From IMG/VR virus record IMGVR_UViG_3300023174_002623, positions 1 to 56,216 of that record: a stretch of DNA of 56,216 nucleotides; one strand, given 5' to 3'. Positions 46,976-55,068 of the stretch are shown here, in pieces. Numbering within the stretch: the first letter of the stretch is position 1; each line of letters begins with the position of its first letter. Below the pieces are notes generated by a model, which was not told the DNA's origin, did not search any database, and saw only the letters and a program-made list of their open reading frames with translations. This DNA comes from a virus. Lineage: Duplodnaviria; Caudoviricetes. A program made the position numbers and the translations under genes.

Positions 46976-49900
46976 ATGAATTACGTAGGTTTGCATGTCC
47001 ATACACACTACTCCTTAATGGATGGTGTTGCTACTCCAGAAGAATACGTTAACCGAGCAGTTGAACTTGGTATGCCAGCATTGGCTATCACAGATCATGG
47101 TTCTTTATCTGGGCATAGGGAACTGCACCGTATTGCAAAAGCAAAGGGCATCAAACCAATTCTTGGCGTAGAAGGCTATATGACAAGTAATATGAATGAT
47201 AAGAGAGCAAAGGCAGAACGTACTGATCCTCTTGATTTAAATTATCATCATATAGTTCTTCTCGCTAAGAATCAAGAAGGTCTAGAAAATCTAAACAAGA
47301 TTAATGAAATTGCTTGGACTGAAGGCTTCTTCAGCAAACCAAGATTTGATTTTGATGTACTAAAGAAGTATAAAGAAGGACTTGTTGTTACCTCTGGTTG
47401 CCTTAGTGGTTGGATTGCTAAAGCAGTAGAACTAGGAGAACTTGCAACTGCAAAACGACATATGCAATGGTTTAAAGATGAGTTTGGCGATGACTATTAC
47501 ATTGAGGTTATGCCACATAATTCTGCAGAAATTAATAAAGGAATTATTGAACTTGCAGATGCAATGCAGATCAAGATTGTTGTAACACCAGACTGTCACC
47601 ATTCTGATTCAAGTCAAAAAGAAATTCAAGAGTTAATGTTAATTCTTAATACTCATGCTAAGTTGGAAAAAGATGCAACTTATGAAAAGTCTAAGAAAAA
47701 AGAAACCTTTATGGATAGACTTGATTATTTATATGGTGCAGATAGAATGATGAGTTTTAATAAGTTTGATATTCATTTGCTTTCATATAAAGAGATGAAG
47801 GCTGCCATGCTAAAGCAGGGTATTGATCGTGAAGACATGTTTACATCTACAATAGAGATTGCTAACAAGGTAGAAGACTATGATATTAAAGAAGGACTAA
47901 ATCTACTACCAGTGCAATATCCAAAGCCAGGTTTAGAATTAAAGAAACTTGCTATGGAAGGACTTAAAGAACGTGGTCTTGAAGGCAAACAAGAATACCT
48001 TGATAGACTTGATGAAGAGTTAACAATCATTAATGATAAAAACTTTGCTCCATATTTCTTGGTAGTTCGTAACATGCTTAATTGGGCAAAGAAGGAAGAC
48101 ATCATGGTTGGTCCAGGTCGCGGATCATCTGCTGGCTCATTGCTTTGTTATACACTTGGAATTACAGATATTGATCCACTAAAGCATGGGTTACTGTTCT
48201 TCCGTTTTATCAATCCAGAACGTAATGACTTTCCTGATATTGATACAGATATTCAAGATTCAAGACGAGATGAAGTAAAAGACTATCTAGTTAGACAATA
48301 TAGACATGTCGCTTCTATTGCTACATTCTTACAATTCAAAGATAAAGGTGTTGTAAGAGATGTTTCCCGTGCACTTAATATTCCTTTACCAGATGTAAAC
48401 AAAGTTCTTAAAACTGTAGATACATGGGAAGACTATTGTGGCTCAAGAAATGCTGCTTGGTTTAGAGAAAAGTATCCAGAAGTAGAACTGTATGGAGATC
48501 AACTACGTGGTCGTATTAGAGGCACTGGTATTCATGCTGCTGGAGTTGTTACTAGCAAAGATCCAATCTTTAAATATGCACCATTAGAAACACGATCAGT
48601 TACTGGTAGTGATGGTCGCATTCCAGTTGTTGCTGTAGATATGGAAGAAGCAGAAAGAATTGGTCTAATTAAGATTGATGCACTTGGCCTTAAGACTCTT
48701 AGTGTTCTTAAGGATACCCTAGACATGATTCAAGAAAGAGATAAGAAAAAGATTAATCTGTTAGAGATTGATATGGATGATAAAAATGTTTATCAAATGC
48801 TTTCTGACGGCTACACAAAGGGTATATTCCAGTGTGAAGCAGCACCATATACAAATCTACTCATTAAGATGGGTGTTAAAAATCTTTCAGAGTTGGCTGC
48901 ATCCAATGCTTTGGTGCGTCCTGGCGCTATGAATACCATTGGTAAAGACTATATTGCACGTAAACATGGTCGTCAAAACATTGATTATACTCATACTATT
49001 CTAAAACAATTTACGGAGGATACTTATGGCTGCATTCTTTACCAGGAACAAGTTATGCAAACATGCGTACAACTTGGCGGTATGTCCATGTCGGAAGCAG
49101 ATAAAGTTAGAAAGATCATTGGAAAGAAGAAGGATGCTAAAGAGTTTGACGAGTTCAAAGACAGGTTTATCAAAGGCGCTTCTGCCTATATTGCTCCCAA
49201 TCAGGCTCTTGATTTATGGCATGACTTTGAAGCACATGCGGGATACTCGTTCAACAAGTCTCATGCGGTTGCTTACTCTACGCTCTCGTATTGGACGGCG
49301 TGGCTAAAGTATCACTATCCATTAGAGTTTATGTTTGCACTACTAAAGAATGAAAAAGATAAAGACACAAGAACGGAATACTTAATTGAAGCAAAAAGAA
49401 TGGGCATACCAGTTAAACTACCTCATATTAACGATTCAGATAAAGATTTTAAAATTGAGGGTAAGGGTATCAGGTTCGGACTATCAGCGATTAAGTTTAT
49501 CTCTGATACGATTGCAGAGAGATATATTCAGGCTAGACCTTTTAAAACATTCAAAGAAGTAGAAGACTTTACGTTTACAAAAGGCAATGGCGTAAACACT
49601 CGTGCTTTAAATTCTATGAGAGCGGTAGGTGCATTAACATTTTCTGATAATCCTGCTAATCAGCAAGAGGTAAAAGAAAACCTTTATGAATACCTAAACC
49701 TTCCTGAGTTTAACACTTCTATTCCACAACACTACTATGCATATTTAAATGATGTAGAGGAGTATGAGGAAAAAGGAGCCTTCATCTTAATGGGTATGGT
49801 AAAATCAATTAAGAGAAGTAAGGGTTGGTCTAGGGTAGAGTTGTTAGATAAAACAGGATCTGTTGGTATTTTTGATGATGAGAATACTGTAATTGAGGCT

Positions 49901-50251
49901 GGAAGAACATATATTCTTTTGGTAAGTGATAATAGAATTATGTCATCTGTGCCAGTAGATGAGGTAAAAGAGTCTAAGGATGCATTGGTTAAATTCTTAA
50001 ACTATAAGATGTTGCCCTTTAAAGAGGGAGAGCACTTTGTAATCTCCTTTAAGCCAAGAATGACAAAGGCTGGAAAGAAAATGGCATCACTTACATTAGC
50101 AGATTCTGGTAGAGAACTACATTCTATTACTGTATTTCCAACAGCATTTGCAAAAGCATATATGAGTATTGAAGCAGGAAATGTTTATAATTTTAAGTTT
50201 GGTAAAACAAAAGATGGAACAGTAATTATGGAGGATGTGTCAAATGTTTGA
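46976..50251 (+). CDS. dnaE: DNA polymerase III alpha subunit (family C)
   Basis: LHVHTHYSLMDG, AITDHG, GPGRGSSAGS, FPDIDTD, HAAGVV, KIDALGL, YQEQVM, YSFNKSHA, IRFGL. Confidence 0.97.
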   Translation: MNYVGLHVHTHYSLMDGVATPEEYVNRAVELGMPALAITDHGSLSGHRELHRIAKAKGIKPILGVEGYMTSNMNDKRAKAERTDPLDLNYHHIVLLAKNQEGLENLNKINEIAWTEGFFSKPRFDFDVLKKYKEGLVVTSGCLSGWIAKAVELGELATAKRHMQWFKDEFGDDYYIEVMPHNSAEINKGIIELADAMQIKIVVTPDCHHSDSSQKEIQELMLILNTHAKLEKDATYEKSKKKETFMDRLDYLYGADRMMSFNKFDIHLLSYKEMKAAMLKQGIDREDMFTSTIEIANKVEDYDIKEGLNLLPVQYPKPGLELKKLAMEGLKERGLEGKQEYLDRLDEELTIINDKNFAPYFLVVRNMLNWAKKEDIMVGPGRGSSAGSLLCYTLGITDIDPLKHGLLFFRFINPERNDFPDIDTDIQDSRRDEVKDYLVRQYRHVASIATFLQFKDKGVVRDVSRALNIPLPDVNKVLKTVDTWEDYCGSRNAAWFREKYPEVELYGDQLRGRIRGTGIHAAGVVTSKDPIFKYAPLETRSVTGSDGRIPVVAVDMEEAERIGLIKIDALGLKTLSVLKDTLDMIQERDKKKINLLEIDMDDKNVYQMLSDGYTKGIFQCEAAPYTNLLIKMGVKNLSELAASNALVRPGAMNTIGKDYIARKHGRQNIDYTHTILKQFTEDTYGCILYQEQVMQTCVQLGGMSMSEADKVRKIIGKKKDAKEFDEFKDRFIKGASAYIAPNQALDLWHDFEAHAGYSFNKSHAVAYSTLSYWTAWLKYHYPLEFMFALLKNEKDKDTRTEYLIEAKRMGIPVKLPHINDSDKDFKIEGKGIRFGLSAIKFISDTIAERYIQARPFKTFKEVEDFTFTKGNGVNTRALNSMRAVGALTFSDNPANQQEVKENLYEYLNLPEFNTSIPQHYYAYLNDVEEYEEKGAFILMGMVKSIKRSKGWSRVELLDKTGSVGIFDDENTVIEAGRTYILLVSDNRIMSSVPVDEVKESKDALVKFLNYKMLPFKEGEHFVISFKPRMTKAGKKMASLTLADSGRELHSITVFPTAFAKAYMSIEAGNVYNFKFGKTKDGTVIMEDVSNV

Positions 50252-50561
50252 TGAGTTAGCAAGAACAATACATAAAAATGCAGTAGAAAAAGGTTTTTGG
50301 GATAGACCAGCAGATGAGATATTTGTTACAAAACAAATGATGATGATTGTGTCTGAAGTTGTTGAGGCAATGGAAGCGCTTAGAAAAGAAATGGATCCAG
50401 ATCAGTTATCAGATGAGTTTGCAGATATTATTATTCGCACACTAGATTTGTATGCAGGCATGGTAGAAGCAGGGTATATGACTAAATCATTAAACATGGC
50501 AATTAAAGAAAAAATGGAGAAGAACTCCAATAGACCAAAGAAACACGGGGTAAGATTTTAA
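50244..50561 (+). CDS. MazG-like nucleotide pyrophosphohydrolase
   Basis: SEVVEAMEA...DEFADIIIR (ExxE...ExxD); GGAGG RBS. Confidence 0.85.
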   Translation: MFDELARTIHKNAVEKGFWDRPADEIFVTKQMMMIVSEVVEAMEALRKEMDPDQLSDEFADIIIRTLDLYAGMVEAGYMTKSLNMAIKEKMEKNSNRPKKHGVRF

Positions 50562-51577
50562 TGGTAGTTACAATAGCAGATGTTTTGGCTCAACTAAATC
50601 CAAAACTACGTAAGACAGTGATGGCTGGAGACACAATTCCAGCAACACAGTACGCTGCAACACCAAGTTTTGGTCTTAATAAGGCTTTAAATGGCGGTCT
50701 TCCATATGGCCGACAAGTGCTTATTTGGGGGTCAAAGTCTTCTGCAAAGTCTTCTTTGTGTCTACAGATGATTGGTCTTGCACAGAAAGAAGGAAAAATC
50801 TGTGCTTGGATTGATGCAGAGATGTCTTATGATAAAGCATGGGCTGAAAAACTTGGGGTAGATACTTCAAAGTTAATTGTTTCACAATGCAGAACAATTA
50901 ACGAGATGGTTGATATTGGAACTAGCCTTATGAATGCTGGTGTAGATATGGTTGTTGTTGATAGTATTACTTCATTACTGCCAGCAATTTACTTTGAAAA
51001 AGATTCAGACGAACTTAAACAACTTGAGAATACAAAACAAATTGGTGCAGAATCTCGTGACTTCAGCAATGCATGGAAGATGATTAACTATGCTAACAAT
51101 AAGGTTAAGCCAACCTTATTTGTTCTTATTTCTCAATCTCGTAATAATATTAGTGCAATGTATACCAGTCAACAGCCTACTGGCGGTCAGGCTACAAAGT
51201 TTTATTCTTCAACAGTCATTAAACTATTTTCTTCAGAGTCAGATAATCAGGCAATCAAGGGAAAGATTAATGTTGGCGATAAGTTAATCGAAGAAAAGAT
51301 TGGTCGCAAGGTTAGATGGGAACTACAATTCTCTAAGACTTCTCCTGGTTTCCAAAATGGAGAGTATGATTTTTATTTTAGAGGAGACAATGTTGGTATT
51401 GATGAGATTGGCGACCTTGTTGATACAGCAGAACTAGCAGGCCTTGTAACAAGAACTGGAGCATGGTACCAACTTGAAGATGGCACTAAGGTTCAGGGTA
51501 GAGAAGGTTTTATTAATAGAGTTAGAGAAGATCTTGATCTGCAAGATTCATTAAAGAGCAAACTACTAAATGGCTGA
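50561..51577 (+). CDS. recA: RecA/UvsX-like recombinase
   Basis: GGLPYGR, GSKSSAKSS (variant Walker A), WIDAE, LGVD, VVVDSI, ISQSR, TGG.ATKFYSS, GAWY, QGRE. Confidence 0.93.
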   Translation: MVVTIADVLAQLNPKLRKTVMAGDTIPATQYAATPSFGLNKALNGGLPYGRQVLIWGSKSSAKSSLCLQMIGLAQKEGKICAWIDAEMSYDKAWAEKLGVDTSKLIVSQCRTINEMVDIGTSLMNAGVDMVVVDSITSLLPAIYFEKDSDELKQLENTKQIGAESRDFSNAWKMINYANNKVKPTLFVLISQSRNNISAMYTSQQPTGGQATKFYSSTVIKLFSSESDNQAIKGKINVGDKLIEEKIGRKVRWELQFSKTSPGFQNGEYDFYFRGDNVGIDEIGDLVDTAELAGLVTRTGAWYQLEDGTKVQGREGFINRVREDLDLQDSLKSKLLNG

Positions 51578-51755
51578 AGAAAAATTTATACACATTAAGG
51601 GGCAATTCATTTGTCAAAAATGTAAAAAAGATGTTCTTGCAGGAAGATTTTGGCATGAAACTGGAGATGTGACATGGATGTGTCCAAACAAACACATATC
51701 TAGAGTAGAACTTGTTGCTAAGAAAAAGAAGAAAAAGGATTTTGGTAATGAGTGA
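51570..51755 (+). CDS. Small Zn-ribbon protein
   Basis: CQKC...CPNKH; overlaps both neighbours. Confidence 0.65.
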   Translation: MAEEKFIHIKGQFICQKCKKDVLAGRFWHETGDVTWMCPNKHISRVELVAKKKKKKDFGNE

Positions 51756-52050
51756 AAGAGGAGAAAGCAAAAGGCTTGGTGCTAAGCAGCACAAAAACTC
51801 TGGAAGAAACACTCATAAGGGTGATGCAACTTGGAGAAACTTTACGGTAGATTTTAAAGAGTATCCAAAAGGAATTACAGTAAATAAAGATATTTGGGCA
51901 AAGGCAGTAACAGATGCAATAAGAAATGGCAATGATCCTGCATTATTTTTAATACTTGGTGATGGTAATTCTAAAGTAAGACTTGCAGTGATTGAAGTAG
52001 AAATGCTAGAGCAATTAACAGAAGGGTATGAAAATGACACAGCAAAATGA
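51748..52050 (+). CDS. PD-(D/E)XK nuclease/Hjc-like resolvase
   Basis: SERGE, NSGR..HKGD, TVDFKE, W.K...DA pattern. Confidence 0.65.
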   Translation: MSERGESKRLGAKQHKNSGRNTHKGDATWRNFTVDFKEYPKGITVNKDIWAKAVTDAIRNGNDPALFLILGDGNSKVRLAVIEVEMLEQLTEGYENDTAK

Positions 52051-52351
52051 ATCAGGACAGACAACAATTGATATGGTAAATGGCTTAGCAGAAATTGCAG
52101 ACTATATGCAGGATGAAGAGTTGACCGTTGCCTTGACTATGATTGCTAAGTTAATTATTAAGCCAGATATTCCGCCACATGTGGCAAGCCTAGAGATTGT
52201 ACGGCTACAGGCAATAGCAGCAAAAATGTCATTTAAGGCTACTTGGTTAACAAATGTAGATAAAAGCGACAGATCAAAGAAGAACATTTACTACACAGCA
52301 GCAGAAGCAATTAACGATTTGGTCTCAGCGCTTAAATACATAATGCGTTAA
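52028..52351 (+). CDS. Hypothetical helical protein
   Basis: 107-aa ORF in the recombination operon; GAAGGG RBS. Confidence 0.65.
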   Translation: MKMTQQNESGQTTIDMVNGLAEIADYMQDEELTVALTMIAKLIIKPDIPPHVASLEIVRLQAIAAKMSFKATWLTNVDKSDRSKKNIYYTAAEAINDLVSALKYIMR

Positions 52352-52353
52352 CC

Positions 52354-52362
52354 TGATATACT
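52354..52362 (+). promoter_or_regulatory. Extended -10 promoter
   Basis: TGATATACT right after the upstream stop; AAGGA RBS before 52383. Confidence 0.55.
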
Positions 52363-52382
52363 TATATAAACAAAGGAATGTA

Positions 52383-53171
52383 ATGACAAAAAATTTACTA
52401 AAAGAGATTATGCTTAAGCCTACAACGGAGACCGACACTTTTGAGACAGAAAAGTTTGTTGAGACTATTCAAAATGGGTACCTAGCAGATCGTGGTACAA
52501 AGTTTCAAACAAAGAAAACATTTGGTCCATCTACAATTGCATATGGTCATGGAGAGTGTCCACGATATTGGTATCTAGCATTTTCTGGAGCCAACTTTGA
52601 AGACAATAATACTCCATATGATGTAGCAAATATGACTAATGGAATTATTTCACATGAGCGTATTCTTGGAAAAGCCTTCGCAGGTTCTGGAATTCTTATC
52701 GATACAGAGTTTGACTTGCGTGAATCAGATCCTCCTATTTATGGCAAGGTAGATGGTTTAGTCAAATGGCAAGACGAAGAAGTAGTTGTTGAAGTAAAAA
52801 CAACAAATGAAACAGTGTTTGAATATAGAAAAAGAACTAATAAGCCAAAGACTGGTCACGTAATCCAGTTACTTATTTATATGAAGGTTCTTAAGAAGGC
52901 TAAGGGTGTTCTGGTTTATGAAAATAAAAACAATCACGAACTTCTTGCTATACCAGTTGAGATTAATGAAAACTATATTAACTGGATAGATCAAGCATTT
53001 GAATGGATGAGAGTTGTTCGTAAGGCATGGGAAGACAAAGAACTTCCTATGAAAAATTATAGAGCAAACGCAAAGATTTGCAAAAACTGCCCACTGAAGT
53101 CAGACTGCGATAAAGCAGAGGCGGGAGTTATTAAAATTGCATCTCTGGAGGAATTGAGTGAAACGATGTGA
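52383..53171 (+). CDS. Solo Cas4-like/RecB-family exonuclease
   Basis: CPRYWY, G...HER, GKVDG, VEVKT, QLLIYM, CKNCPLKSDC (Fe-S ligands). Confidence 0.88.
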   Translation: MTKNLLKEIMLKPTTETDTFETEKFVETIQNGYLADRGTKFQTKKTFGPSTIAYGHGECPRYWYLAFSGANFEDNNTPYDVANMTNGIISHERILGKAFAGSGILIDTEFDLRESDPPIYGKVDGLVKWQDEEVVVEVKTTNETVFEYRKRTNKPKTGHVIQLLIYMKVLKKAKGVLVYENKNNHELLAIPVEINENYINWIDQAFEWMRVVRKAWEDKELPMKNYRANAKICKNCPLKSDCDKAEAGVIKIASLEELSETM

Positions 53172-53454
53172 TAGGTTTGAATGTGAAAACCACTTCAAAC
53201 CAAAAGTAAGTTATCAGATTTATTGCAGCCAAGAGTGTAGAGATCTTGCTACAAAAGATAAGATTGCTGAAAGATATCAAGTCACAAAAAGACAAAAAAG
53301 ATTGGGCAAATTAAGAAGATGTCTTGGTGGGTGCGGTGTTCAACTCTCCATCTACAACGACTCTGGATTTTGCTCTAACTGCAATGTTAGTGAAAAAGCA
53401 GTAGCAAAAATGTTAAAAGAAGTAAAGGGGTTTTTTGATTATGAACAAGACTAA
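53158..53454 (+). CDS. Cys-rich Zn-binding protein
   Basis: CDRFEC, YCSQEC, CLGGC, FCSNC; GGAGG RBS before GTG. Confidence 0.7.
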   Translation: MKRCDRFECENHFKPKVSYQIYCSQECRDLATKDKIAERYQVTKRQKRLGKLRRCLGGCGVQLSIYNDSGFCSNCNVSEKAVAKMLKEVKGFFDYEQD

Positions 53455-54013
53455 ACCAGAAAGAATTTGTGCAATAGACGCTAGTACCAATAGTCTTGCT
53501 TTTGCTATCTATATTTCTGGAAAACTTGATAGCGTAGGAAAAATCAACTTTGAAGGTAAAGATATTTATGAAAAGGTTGGAGATGCTGCAATTAAAACTA
53601 GATCATTCTTTAATCATTTTATTAATGTTGATGCAATTGTTATTGAGCATACTGTTTTTATGAATAGCCCAAAGACTGCTGCCGATCTAGCGCTAGTTCA
53701 AGGAGCACTTCTTGGGGCTGCTGCAATGTGCGGTATTAGGACGGTAGGCAAGGTATCACCAATAACGTGGCAAAACTACCTAGGTAATAAGAAACTATCT
53801 AAAGAAGAACAACTGCAAGTAAGGGTTGCAAATCCTGGAAAGTCGTTATCCTGGTATAAAACCTATGAGCGTGACTTTAGAAAGAAAAGAACAACTAAGT
53901 TATTAGACATTGTTTATGATAAAAAAATAGAAGATTATGATGTTGCAGATGCTGCAGGTATTGGCCATTGGGCTATTCATAACTGGGATAAGGCTATTGG
54001 AGTTGACAAATAA
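53441..54013 (+). CDS. ruvC: RuvC-like Holliday junction resolvase
   Basis: AIDASTNSLAFA, IVIE, LALVQG, SPITWQ, DVADAAGIG. Confidence 0.85.
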   Translation: MNKTKPERICAIDASTNSLAFAIYISGKLDSVGKINFEGKDIYEKVGDAAIKTRSFFNHFINVDAIVIEHTVFMNSPKTAADLALVQGALLGAAAMCGIRTVGKVSPITWQNYLGNKKLSKEEQLQVRVANPGKSLSWYKTYERDFRKKRTTKLLDIVYDKKIEDYDVADAAGIGHWAIHNWDKAIGVDK

Positions 54014-54031
54014 CATCATGGCTGGTAAACT
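54003..54031 (+). promoter_or_regulatory. Putative promoter overlapping the start of the small HTH gene
   Basis: TTGACA-17 nt-TAAACT with extended TG. Confidence 0.45.
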
Positions 54032-54173
54032 GTATACATCAGAAGTATGGCTCAAGAAAAGGTTTCTTATTGATAAGAAGTCACCAGAAGAGATTGCTAA
54101 GGAATGTGGGGCAAGCGTAGAAACTATCTATGTTTACCTTGCTAAATTTGGACTAAGGAAGTCAAGAAGATGA
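54018..54173 (+). CDS. Small HTH DNA-binding protein (51 aa)
   Basis: KSPEEIAKECGASVETIYVYLAKFGL. Confidence 0.8.
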   Translation: MAGKLYTSEVWLKKRFLIDKKSPEEIAKECGASVETIYVYLAKFGLRKSRR

Positions 54174-54304
54174 GTAAACTGCAGAAAATTATTATAGGGC
54201 TAGGCGTTGCTAGTGCTGTTGGATTTACATATGTAATAACAGCACTGCGTGGTATCCCAGAAGCATTTGACTGGGAAGATGATGAAGAGGAAAACTATGA
54301 GTGA
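54170..54304 (+). CDS. 44-aa single-pass membrane protein with acidic tail
   Basis: Not in the ORF track. MSKLQKIIIGLGVASAVGFTYVITALRGIPEAFDWEDDEEENYE; ATGA overlap upstream and 8-nt overlap downstream. Confidence 0.7.
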   Translation: MSKLQKIIIGLGVASAVGFTYVITALRGIPEAFDWEDDEEENYE

Positions 54305-54542
54305 TAATCTAAATATTACAGTAGATCAAGTAAATCATCCTTCACACTATACAACAGATCCTTCTGGAGTAGAATGTTTAGAAATTACTCGTCATCGTAA
54401 TTTTAATATTGGGAATGCTTTTAAATATTTGTGGAGAGCAGGTATAAAGGATGAGTCAAAGACTATTCAAGACCTTGAAAAAGCAATCTTTTATATTAAA
54501 GATGAAATTAACCGACTAGAAGGAAAATATAATGTCAACTGA
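54297..54542 (+). CDS. DUF3310/SaV-like protein (T7 gp1.7 nucleotide-kinase-related)
   Basis: DQVNHPSHY, VECLE, GNAFKYLWRAG.K, QDLEKA.FY; GAGG RBS before ATG 54297. Confidence 0.85.
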   Translation: MSDNLNITVDQVNHPSHYTTDPSGVECLEITRHRNFNIGNAFKYLWRAGIKDESKTIQDLEKAIFYIKDEINRLEGKYNVN

Positions 54543-55068
54543 AGTTGAATTAGTAAAACACCTTGACGAGGTTAATCGTGTAGTAGAAGAATATTTAAAG
54601 GGCAATGATCCTACCAAAATTGCAAAGCATCTTACAATGCCACGAACAAAAGTTGTTGAACTTCTTAATGAGTGGAAAGTCATGGCATCTGCTAATGATG
54701 CTATTCGTGCAAGAGCAAAAGAAGCATTAGCATCTGCTGATGCACACTATAGCAAACTAATTACTCAGGCATATGAAGTTATTGAAGATGCAAATACAAC
54801 TGCTAATCTTACAGCAAAGACTACTGCAATTAAGTTAGTAATGGATATTGAAGCACGTAGAATTGACATGCTACAAAAGGCTGGACTTCTTGAAAATAAA
54901 GAGTTGGCTGAAGAGATTGTTGCAATTGAAAAGAGACAAGAAATACTTGTTGGTATTTTAAGAGATATTGCTTCCTCTCATCCTGAAGTACGTGACCTTA
55001 TTATGCAAAGGCTTTCAGCAGTTGCAAAAGAAGGAGAAGTGATTACAGTTGTCCACAATGTTCAATGA
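54532..55068 (+). CDS. Probable terminase small subunit
   Basis: N-terminal HTH (PTKIAKHLTMPRTKV) plus coiled coil; overlaps the large terminase start. Confidence 0.65.
   Translation: MSTEVELVKHLDEVNRVVEEYLKGNDPTKIAKHLTMPRTKVVELLNEWKVMASANDAIRARAKEALASADAHYSKLITQAYEVIEDANTTANLTAKTTAIKLVMDIEARRIDMLQKAGLLENKELAEEIVAIEKRQEILVGILRDIASSHPEVRDLIMQRLSAVAKEGEVITVVHNVQ

Noticed and set aside
11703-51577. Inteins or introns in nrdJ, dnaB, dnaE or recA
   Set aside because: Lengths are ordinary, motifs are colinear, and no splice-junction or homing-endonuclease signatures were seen.
52383-53171. Cas4 as part of a CRISPR-Cas system
   Set aside because: No repeat-spacer array or other cas genes were seen; solo Cas4-like nucleases are common in phage replication modules.
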